Assembly (NCBI RefSeq): GCF_009914755.1
Contig: NC_060925.1
Length of the DNA: 64,000 nucleotides
DNA from: the human T2T-CHM13v2.0 reference genome, Homo sapiens
Strand: one strand, 5' to 3'
Position 1 is the stretch's first letter, and each line of letters opens with the position of its first letter. The notes under the pieces are model-generated. The model worked only from the letters and a program-made list of their open reading frames with translations, made no database searches and had not been told where the DNA came from. Made by a program: the position numbers and the translations under genes. Positions 53,930 to 64,000 of the stretch are shown in pieces.

Positions 53930-54559
53930 TGTCAGAGACATTTGAACCAGAGCAACTCCGTCTTGAACAGGAGCTAGGTAAAATGAGGCTGAACTTACTA
54001 GGCTGCATTATCAGATGGTTCGGCACTGTAAGTCACAGAATGAGATAGGAGGTCAGCACAAGATACAGGTGATAAAGGCCTTGCTGATAAAACAGGCTGC
54101 AGTAAAGAAGCCGGCCAAAACCTATCAAAACAGAGATGGCTACGAGAGCAACCTCTGGTCGTCCTCACTGCTACACTCTTCCCAGTGCCATGACAGTTTA
54201 CGAATCATGGTAACATCAGGAAGTCATCCTATATGGTCAAAAAAGGGGAGACATGAATAATCCACCCCTTATTTAGCATATAATCAAGAAATAACCATAA
54301 AAATGGGCAACCAGGAGCCCTCAGGGCTACTCTATCTGTGGAGTAGCCATTCTTTATTCCTTTTCTTTCCTAATAAACTTGCCTTTGCTTTGCACTATGG
54401 ACTCTCCCAGAAGTTTGCACAAGATCCAGGAACCCTCTCTTGGGGTCTGGATCTGGACCCCTTTTCTGTAACATCTTTCTGGTGACCACCGAAGGGACTA
54501 TAGTGAGGAAACCCCTGACTCCAAGGCTAACTTTGGGTAGGCGGTGGGGCCCGGTAACA
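53930..54559 (+). mobile_element. MER41A-like LTR with an 86-bp 3' extension
   Basis: TGTCAGAGACATTTGAACCAGAGCAACTCC...GGACCCCTTTTCTGTAACA (54473), then an extension ending GGTAACA (54559); 4-bp TSD CTAC/CTAT. Confidence 0.9.
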
Positions 54560-54649
54560 CTATGAGTCAAATCTCAAACTCCTCAGTGAGAAATTCAAGA
54601 AGCTTCCCCACCCTCCATCCAAGCACCACTGTGAACTATGATCCTTGAG

Positions 54650-54860
54650 ACCTCAGGCTAGGGAGACGGAAAGACCTGGGTTCTGACCCCAGACTTTCAT
54701 GTCCTCTCTGTGTGACCTCAACAGATGATTTATAGACATGGAGCCTCAGATGTCCTACAGGTCTGACCTCACAGGTCAGGAGGATTAAATGAGATGCTAC
54801 ATGACCGTGCTTAACACAATGCATGGCACAAAGTAAGTCCTTAATAAATGGAAGCTGTGA
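54650..54860 (+). mobile_element. MIR
   Basis: AGACCTGGGTTCTGACCCC...AGGATTAAATGAGATG...GCACAAAGTAAG. Confidence 0.75.
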
Positions 54861-55233
54861 CCCTGGCAATGGTGACACGCTGAAACACGTGGCCTTGGCT
54901 TTCATAACCCCTGTCTTTCTTCAAGCTGTTTCCTCAGCTGGGTATGCCCTATTACCCCCACCCAACCTGCCTATCAGAATCTGAATTACTCTTAAGGATT
55001 TTCCCATCTAAGGCCCCAGCTCCACCCACCAGCTCCCTGCCCCCATTGGTCTGATCTCCTCTGTCCTCCCAGCCAGATCCTTAGAGCATGGTTGGGTCTT
55101 TAAGATGGATCTTGCTTCATTCTGCCTTGAATTCTGTCAACTTTTATTACTGGGTTTCAACTTTTTGAAGACAGGATTTGTACCCTGCGTGTTCGTGGAG
55201 TGAATAAAGTTCCATTTAAAAATAATGAGTCTC

Positions 55234-55548
<315 letters not shown>

Positions 55549-55729
55549 CTAGACATCCTGAAGTACAAAGAGCCTTGAAACAGCTACCTGCTAAGAAGCA
55601 CCTCAGAGGCTTTTAAAAATTCATTTGGTAATATAAAATATTCTCCTTTTTTCCCCTTCCCCTTTGGAAGGGTCAAAAATCTCCTTGTAATTCCCTTTTC
55701 ACTGAATTGGCCAAATCTGGATCACATAG

Positions 55730-56105
55730 TGGTATGGCTTGGCTGTGTCCCCACCAAAATCTCATCTCGAACTGTAGTTCCCATAATCCCCACGTGTCAT
55801 GGAAGGGACCTGGTGTAGATAATTGAATCATGGGGGTGGTTTCCCCCATCCTGTTCTCATAATAGTGAGTGAGTTCTCATGAGATCTGATGGTCTTATAA
55901 GAGAATTTTTCCTTACCTCCGCTCTGCACTTCTCCTTGCTGCTGTCGTATGAAGAAGGATGTGTTTGCTTCCCCTTCTGCCATGATAGTAAGTTTCCTGA
56001 GGCCTCCCCAGCCCTGTGGAACTGTGAGTCAATGAAACCTCTTTTTTAAATAAATTACCCAGTTTCGGGTATTTCTTCATAGCTGCATTAGAACGGACTA
56101 ACACA
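55730..56105 (+). mobile_element. THE1 (THE1C/D-like) MaLR solo LTR
   Basis: TGGTATGGCTTGGCTGTGTCCCCACC...GGACTAACACA; 5-bp TSD CATAG/CATGG. Confidence 0.92.
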
Positions 56106-56254
56106 CATGGCCACCTCTCTCCATCAGGTGCCAACCCCAACTTTCCCTGAGATCAAGGAATCTTGAACCAACTCCTGAAAAAAATTCAGGTTCTATTAGC
56201 AGAGTCAAATAACTGAGAAGGAAAAAAAATCTCTCAGTCTCTCTCTCTCTCCAA

Positions 56255-56535
56255 ACATATACATGTATACATATATATGTATATATATGTATATATGTAT
56301 ATGTATACATATATGTACATACGTATATGTATGCATATATACATATATGTACATATGTATATGTATGCATATATATGTATACATATATGCATACATATAT
56401 GTGTACATATATGCATACATGTATGTGTACATATATGTATATATGTATACATGTATGCGTACATATATGTACATATATATGTATACATATATGTATATGT
56501 GTACATACTATATGTGTGTGTATATATATATGTAC
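56255..56535. repeat. Alternating purine-pyrimidine (TATACA/ATGT)n tract
   Basis: About 280 bp of TA/CA/TG dinucleotides. Confidence 0.95.
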
Positions 56536-57044
56536 AAGTCAAGTCATCAAAATCCTTAATAGCATTTATCTCTGGGTAATGAGAATTTGGATGACATTTA
56601 TTTTCCAGTTTTTTTTTTCTGTAATTTCCAAGGTCTCCACAATGACTATCTATTACCACTGTAATCAGAAAGCAATGTTAACAAAAGGAATCCTATGGGA
56701 GGAAAATAAAGCCTCCTTCAATAGAAATACATGCTGAAGTCATAAGCCCAGGTTCTCTAGGGCAGTTCTGATTTGAAATACTTGATTCCATTGACCCCAA
56801 AGTACTGTACTCTCTTGTCACCTGTGTTGCTGCAGTCTAAGTGAGAAGTTCCTTTGTAAATTTGATTCACCTAGAAAAGCATCCAAGGGGTCCTGGCACA
56901 GTCCCAGCTTGCATAAGCTGTTCCCATATGAGCAACTATCTGCCTGTAGCAGCTCCCACTGCACTAAGGAAGATTGCAATAATGCTCTACCATGGTCAGG
57001 AATCTGCTATACAGTTAAAATAAACAGCCCTTAAGATCCTATAT

Positions 57045-57200
57045 CTTCATCATCATCACTGTTATCACCATCATTTATAGAACTCTTGCTACCAGCCACT
57101 TGTTAATGTCGCATTATCTCACTCAACCTCACAACAACCCTAAGGTAGAAACTAGTACTTTTTTACATTTAACAGAAAAGGAAACAGAAACTTAGAAAAG
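57045..57200 (-). mobile_element. MIR fragment
   Basis: AACCTCACAACAACCCTAAGGTAG...AGGAAACAGAAAC. Confidence 0.65.
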
Positions 57201-58086
57201 TTTTCACCAGACAAAACATTCATTTCACCATATTCTACTCTGAAGCAGTTCATATGAGAAAGATACAGACAATTGGGTTAAGAATGTAATCTGTGAAAAC
57301 AAACTTTGAAAATAGACAGCAAAAAATATGACATCGAAGTTGAACATTTTCACATCAGGATGGTGTGGGGGGAAGGCTGCCAAGTAAGTCAAAAGGAGTC
57401 AAAATACTAATGTAAAACTGTGGCCCAGAAATGAGAGCTCGGTCAGACTGACAGGGGACAGAAAACCACAGGAAAACAAACAAACAAACGATGTTTGTAC
57501 TTGGAGGTCATCATTTCCAAAATGCATAACCTGGTTGGAACTTGAGGCTGATTTTGCACACACTGAGTAAAGAGAATGGGCCCCAGCTGGGTGGTGAGGA
57601 CCTTGAGTTAGCATCTTGTCCTAATTATTCAATAGTTATTTTCCTAATAATTCAGTTATTATGTTTGTAAGAAATGGCATGTGTGAGATCTCCTGTGTCC
57701 CTTTAATAGACTTTATTTTTGTTGTTGTATAGTTTTATTTCATTGCTGAGGCTGAAGTGAAACTGTAATTCAGTTTAAAAGCTATATGTTACAGGCAAGC
57801 TGCTTACAATATATGGCCTCAGAAATTTTTGGAAACTTGTCTTTAGGTGTTATTGGCACAAAATAACAGCTAGAGTTTCATCCTCTGGGTGTAAAAGACA
57901 AATAAAGCTTCCTGCAGCTTGACAACTTATGAAAGTTAACTCTGCCACAAAACATAGGCAGGTGTGGGGAGAAGGGAAAGGTTCAGAAATCTTCTCCTAA
58001 CTCTGGAATGAGAAAACCAAAGAAGGCTGTAAGAATCTAAAGAATATAAGACTACAATCAGGAAAAGTTATAGACTTCTAATTTAA

Positions 58087-59535
58087 ATGAAAAATAGCAA
58101 GCCACAGACTGGGAGAAAATATTTACAAAAGACATAGCTGATAAAAGACTGTTACCCAAAATATACAATGAACTCTTAAAACTCAGAAAATGAGCAACCC
58201 AATGAAAAAATGAGCTAAAGGCGTACACAGACACCTCACCAAAGAAGATGTACAGATGACAAGCATATAAAAAGATATTCGACATCATATGTTATTAGAG
58301 AATTGCAAATCAAAACAATGAGATACCACTCCACCCCTATCAGAATGATCAAAATTCAAAACACTGACAATACCAAATGCTGAGAGAATGTACAGCAACA
58401 GGAACTCCCATTCATTGCTGATGGGACTGTAAAATGGTAGAGCCACTTTATAAGACAGTTTGGCAGTTTCTTACCAAACTAAACATACTCTTAGCATTTG
58501 ACCCAACAATTGTGCTCTTTAGCATTTACCCAAATGAGTTGAAAACTTACATCCACATAAAAACTTGCGCATGGATATTTATAAATGCCAAAAACTTAAC
58601 ATCAACCAAGATGTCCTTTAGTAAGTGAATGGATAACCTGTGGTACATCCAGTCAATTAAATATTATTTGGTGCTAAAAAGAAATGAGCTATCAAGCCAT
58701 GAAAAGATAGGGAGGAATCTAAAATGCATATTCCTAAGTCAAAGAAGCCAGTGAGAAAAGGCTGCATACAGACTGTAGGACTCCAACTACATGACATTCT
58801 AGAAAAGGCATAACTATGGTGATAATAAAATGATGAGTGGTTGCTAGGGGTGTGGAAAGGAAGGGATGACTAGGTGGAGCACAGAGATTTTTAGGGTATT
58901 GAAGCTACTTTATAGGAGTGGTCCCCAACATTTTTGGCACCAGGGACTGGTTTTGTGGAAGACAATTTTTCCATGGGCAGGGTGTGGAGGATGGTTTTGG
59001 GATGAAACTTCCAACTCAGATCATTAGGCATTAGTTAGATTCTTATAAGGAGCGTGCAGCCTAGATCCCTCACTTGTGCAATTCACAATAGGGTTTGCAC
59101 TCCTGTGAGAATCTAATGCTGCCACTGATCTGACAGGAGGGGCAGCTCAGGCGGTGATGCTCGCTTACCTGCTGCTCACCTCCTGCTGTGCAGCCCAGTT
59201 CCTAACAGGCCATGGATGGCCTGGAGGTTGGGGACCCCTGCTCTATAGGGTGCTATAATAATGGATACATGTCATTACACATTTGTTAATACTCACAGGA
59301 TGTATAAGAATGAACCCTAATGTAAACTATGGACTTTGGGCGTTAATAATGTGCCATTGTTGGTCTGTTGATCGTAATAAATGTATCACACTGTGCGAGA
59401 TGATGACAGTGAAGAAGTTTGCGTGTGTGATGGCAGGGCTTTAGGGGCAAGAGTTATATAGGAACTCTCTGAACTTTCCACTCAATTTTGCTGTGAACCT
59501 AAAACTACTTTTAAAAATAAAGTCTATCTGAAAAA
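58087..59535 (+). mobile_element. Old L1 (L1MC-like) 3' region interrupted by MER1B
   Basis: AGCCACAGACTGGGAGAAAATATTT...GAACCCTAATGTAAACTATGGACTTTGG...GCTGTGAACCTAAAACT. Confidence 0.9.
58916..59240 (+). mobile_element. MER1B hAT-Charlie MITE
   Basis: GGTCCCCAACATTTTTGGCACCAGGGAC...GGTTGGGGACCCCTG; 8-bp TSD CTTTATAG/CTCTATAG. Confidence 0.92.
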
Positions 59536-59689
59536 ATGTATGCACACACGCGTGTCTGTATGTGTAATCATTATCATCCTCTGCTTTTTTTACAAGACTA
59601 ATGAGAGGCAAAATCGTGAAACTGGATCAAATTTATCCTTAGGGTTTCCCAGGGTCCACTTTGAGTCCCCATTCCCCATGCCAAAGTGC

Positions 59690-60220
59690 TGGGCTGTCTC
59701 CACCACATGCTAAGCATGGTGTTGAGATCTGTAGGATGGTGGTGAACCAGTTTCTGCCTTCATGAAACTATGATTCAAAGCAGAAGGGAGGTACTAAACA
59801 AGTCATTACAGAAACTACGCAGGTAATGGATTAAGTTGTGGTGAGTGACCTGAAAGTACATAAAAAGGTGATCAAACCAAGTCCATGGGGTCAGGGAAGG
59901 CCTCCTTGAAGAAAAAAAATTAACCTGTAACCTTAAGGTTGACTAGGAGTTAGGCATGGCCAGTTGTATTCTGAGGTTGTGAGTCTGGGTTTGACACAGG
60001 GAAGTTTGGCATAGGAAACACCACGTGTGAAGTGTCCTGTGGGAAGAGGGATGTGGGGCGTGTTGAGGGGCACTGAAAGGCCCAGATGACTGTGATACTG
60101 AGAATGAGAGGAGAAGTTGGGAGAGATGCAGCTGGAGAGGTGGGCAGGGGACAGATGGCATTAAACTGCCTAAAAGCAAAAGCCAGCCATTGAAGGATTT
60201 TAAGCAGAATGATGGTGTCT
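59690..60220 (-). mobile_element. L2 fragment
   Basis: GGGTCAGGGAAGGCCTCC...GCCATTGAAGGATTTTAAGCAG. Confidence 0.7.
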
Positions 60221-61549
60221 TTGCTCTAATTTTATTTCTAGAATCTAGTTCAGTGCTTAAAACATCACTAGTGGCTTAATAAACATTTGAGAAAGGAAAG
60301 ATGAAAGAAAAAATGAGAAACAGGTGGGCCCACTCATTCACTCAATTCACTCAATTATGCATTATGTAATAAATGGGATTCCAGTGGGCTGAAATTGGTT
60401 ATGTCCTCCTTCAAATAATTCATTTTCTGGATGAAATCATCATTGTGATCATCACTGCTATCATCCATTATTAGTCAAATAATCCTTTCTCCTAAAAAAT
60501 GAGAAAATATATGTTATTGGAAATTTTTATTATAATTTCAAGTGAGAACACTCTCAATTTTCTGTGCCCAAGATTTGGGAGTCACTTTACTTTCCATGCT
60601 TGCCATATTTGAAAATTTATGTGTGTCTCCTGATGAGAGAAATAAAACTCAACAGCAACTTTACTACTAATGATGGGAGATATTGGTTTTTATTTGTAGC
60701 CATTGCTCTTTAATGGCCTAAGTAGCTTTAGCACTTTTCCTAGCCTAGACAAAGGAATATTGATTTTCTTTTTTTTTTCTTGCTAGTGAAATCCTCCTGT
60801 TAAAGGAGTGATTCAGCTAACCTGAGTATTTTGGCATCTTTGTCCCGATGGCTCAGCTGGGATTCTATATGAGTATATAGAAATTCTAAGAATGAAGTGT
60901 TCTCTTTGTTGGCAGAGGTATCCCAAAGGTAATCTACTTCCATTCAGAGTCTAGGAGAAGTCCTTTACTGCTATTTTGTGCAACATTCTCTTGGGCAGAT
61001 GGAGAATATGAGCACCTCTTATTTAACTAAGGAGAAAAATACCTCCTCAAATTAAAAGAGCTGGGAGAGAGGTAGAGAGAGTGACCATACTTACAAACTG
61101 AATCAAGAGACACAATTAGAATGCAGATGTTTCTTAGGGTCCTGGGAAAATATTGAAAATGGAGAAAAAGAAACGGGGTAGCAATCTGACCCGGCCTTGG
61201 ACATCTCTCTCCAAAGATACCCAGAATCCCCAGCAGCACTGAGCTGAGCTCCCCACCAGATGTGGACAGCGTTTCCTCCTGTATTCCCAGAACTCAGGGG
61301 TGTCTGTGCTATGATAGATTATTAGTAAATGTATGTTAAATGAAATGGATGGAAGAAAGGATGGGTGGATAATATATGGGTAAGTAAACAAAACAAAAGC
61401 AATACATTTGGCTGCTACGCATTGGAAGGGGACAAATAATCGCTATCTTGAAATTACTTGATCATTACGATAGAGCGTAGTCAGCAGGGCTGGTCAGAAT
61501 ACACGGGGACCTGTGTGTACGGGGGTTGGGGACGGGGATGTTGGGGAGG

Positions 61550-61758
61550 TCAGAAGTAGGTAAACTACAGCCAGAGGCCAGTTGCCTGTTTTTGTGAATG
61601 AAGTTGTATTAGAACACAGCCACAGTCATTCATTTATGTGTTGTCTATGGTTGCTTTCTGCTACAATGGCAGAGTTAAGTAATTGCAACAGAGGCCCTAT
61701 GACCGTAAGCCTGAAATATTTACTCTCTGGATCTTTACCAAAAAGCCTGCCCACCCCT
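61550..61758 (+). mobile_element. MER58A hAT MITE
   Basis: GCCTGTTTTTGTGAATGAAGTTGTATTAGAACACAGCCAC...CTGAAATATTTACTCTCTGG. Confidence 0.85.
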
Positions 61759-62769
61759 ATTTTAGGTCAAAGGCAGGAAGAAGATCAAATCCAAGATCGA
61801 AGCAGGAATAATCTGGAGTCATGGTGGTCTCAAGAGAGTCAGAGGTGTGATGCTGAAATGTTAGAATCCAAAGGGGCCAACCTCCTTAGCTGTAGAAGAA
61901 AAGACTAGCCCAGAGTGAAAACGACTTGCTCAAGGTGGCATGTCAGCTGGTGGAAGCTCCAGGACTGGCGGAGACCACGTGAGCCAATAGGCATGGACTG
62001 TAGCCAGACGCTCAGAAGTCTAGGGTGACTCTGTTACTTGACTGTGGCAGAGATAGAAGTCCTGGGATGACCTCACATCTAGGGGCTCAGGGGCAAATGT
62101 ATTTCTCTTCTTTAAGAAAAAGGCAATATCTGGGGGAAGAAGGGAATGAATGAATTCTATCCCTTTTTTGCCTTTTGCATGTATGGTTGATTTTTTTTTC
62201 ATCAAATGTGTGAGGGCTAATGCCACCCAAATTAAGTAAGCAAGAAACTTGGGGAGGCTTAGAAGTACTCAGTAAGTGGGGGTCATATATATATTTTTAA
62301 CTTATTCAAGCAGCCTCATGGAGGTACAGTGTTGACAGGCTTTCGTTAAGCATTCTGTCAGTTGGTCATGACTACTACTCCCAAGGCAATTCCAAAACAT
62401 AACATTCTGGATAAATAATTAAATAAAGATAAATGCCTACTGGGCCTTGGAGCCACTCCAATGCAGCACACATTGAAGAACAACAACAGATTCTCAAACT
62501 CCAGAGAGGCTTGAAGTTCTGAAAGGTTAACTAAATCCCTGAAGCGTAGAGCAAAGCTTTGCTAGTCATGGTCTAGAAAAGCATTCCCCCATGGCGTGAG
62601 CTCACCAAACACTGTCGGCTAAACTAACAGCCTCCTTGCCACCACACTCGCAGGCCAAGGGTTCACTGAAGAATTGGATCGCTTTCCTACGGCCATGGAG
62701 AGCCAAGCTCTGTCTTCAGGAAAATGATGGCCATGGAGGGGACAGAGGAGCTCATGTGGGCCATTCCCT

Positions 62770-63062
62770 TGTTCTGTAGGTAAGGGAACTGAGGCCAAGA
62801 GAGGGGAATCAATTGCTGGGGGGCATGAGGCCAGGGCAGTTTTGGAACCCCGGCCTCTTTACAACATACCACATGTGACAGCCTACCAAAGTGCCTAGCA
62901 CATCAGAAGCACTCAGATATTTGCAAAAGGCATGAGTGGATGACTGAATAAATTCAATGACCACACTCTCTGAATGCCTATATCCTCCTGGCACAGTTTT
63001 AGATTCTGGGAATACTGTGTTGAACAGGACTGACAGTATCCCTGCTCTCACAGAGCTCACAT
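62770..63062. mobile_element. MIR and L2 fragments
   Basis: GGGAACTGAGGCCAAGAGAGG; GTGCCTAGCACAT; ATCCCTGCTCTCACAGAGCTCACATT. Confidence 0.6.

Positions 63063-63064
<2 letters not shown>

Positions 63065-63102
<38 letters not shown>
63065..63102. repeat. (TG)n microsatellite
   Basis: About 17 uninterrupted GT units. Confidence 0.97.
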
Positions 63103-63103
<1 letters not shown>

Positions 63104-63154
63104 GTGGGGAGGGAGTTAGGGTGATGGAGGATGTATGATGGGAAGTAGAGAAAT

Positions 63155-63400
63155 AATCATAATAACTAGCATTTAGTGAGCACTCACTATGTGCCAGATA
63201 CTGTTCTAAGCACCGTATATAAGCCAAATGCTTCAGGCCTCTCAAACAACATACGCGAGAGGTACTCTTATGGCCCCTGTCTTACAGATAAGGAAACTGA
63301 AGCACAGAGAGGTTAAATCGCTCCTCCAAGGTCACACAGCTGGAAGTGGTAGAGCCAGATTCAAACCCAGGCAGTCTGGATCCAGAGCCCAGACCCTTAT
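63155..63400 (-). mobile_element. MIR (well preserved)
   Basis: GAGCACTCACTATGTGCCAG...GGAAACTGAAGCACAGAGAGGTTAA...TTCAAACCCAGGCAGTCTG. Confidence 0.9.
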
Positions 63401-63679
63401 CCAAAGACCAAAGGGGCAAATGAATGGTTTTGAGAAAGTGAGTAAATAGATGAGTGAGTAAATGAATGAGCACAATTCTTCATTTGTGAATATTCCATAG
63501 GAAAACAAACACCTTTCTTAAAATTGATTTTGGTAATTACTTGTTTATAAGTAAATTATAAGAAATTCTGTTCACAGAACTCTTTATTTGAAGAAAAATT
63601 AGACACATGTACAAGGTTTCTTTAAGGTTTGTATGTGCAGACTCTTGTGGTGACAGTTTCCAGGTTACAAATGAAAACA

Positions 63680-63890
63680 CCGTGAGTCTGACCACGTGTC
63701 AGGTCCTAAATGTTGTCTATATTCAAACGCATTTAATCCTCATGTCCACCCTAGGAAGCAAGTACTATTTTCATCGTAACTTTACAGATAAGACAATTGA
63801 GGTACAGTAATCTTAATGATCTTTCTCGAAGTCAGGGAGTTAGTAAGTAGCAGAGCTGGGATATAAACAAGGCAACCTTGTTCCAGAAAT
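63680..63890 (-). mobile_element. MIR
   Basis: CATTTAATCCTCA...TTTACAGATAAG...GTAAGTAGCAGAGCTGGGAT. Confidence 0.7.
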
Positions 63891-63924
63891 TGGGAAGTAC
63901 CCCGACCACGTCTCAGTGTAAGGG

Positions 63925-64000
63925 CAGTGGTTCTCAACCTGGCTGCACATTCACCTCACCTGGGGAGCTTTCAAAAATGCTGATGCCTCGGCCCCATCCC
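63925..64000 (+). mobile_element. MER5A (cut by the window end)
   Basis: CAGTGGTTCTCAACCTGGCTGCACATT...CACCTGGGGAGCTTTCAAAAATGC. Confidence 0.85.

Noticed and set aside
56098-56737. Cluster of Y/I/C/M/H-rich ORFs
   Set aside because: Translations of the TA/CA/TG microsatellite

Overview
Human non-coding genomic DNA, probably intergenic. Species is inferred from a full-length AluYb9, a human-specific subfamily, at 6382-6687. No host coding exon, RNA gene or CRISPR array can be supported. The only ORF with real protein homology is the C-terminal part of LINE-1 ORF2 (47579-48151); the rest are Alu-, microsatellite- or chance-derived. I recognise 18 Alus, several L1s, many MIR/L2 relics, about 13 solo LTRs and about 10 DNA-transposon relics. 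The left half holds transposon-free islands (about 7.5-13.7 kb, 19.6-22.9 kb and 31.1-31.7 kb) dense in homeodomain, Pbx-Hox, Meis and Sox motifs, which look like conserved developmental enhancers. The right half (38-56 kb) is an LTR-rich, deeply nested insertion zone. The best novelty candidates are: (i) the putative enhancer cluster and its palindromes; (ii) an old ~270-bp local copy carrying a shared repeat junction, pasted into a MIR; (iii) a ~100-bp unique direct repeat and a template-switch scar beside two ERV1 LTRs; (iv) a MER41A whose real end extends through a PBS-like segment; (v) p53 and DUX4 motifs in LTRs. I found no evidence of a new protein-coding system. Repeat subfamily names come from recalled consensus features, not a database search, and boundaries without TSDs are approximate.
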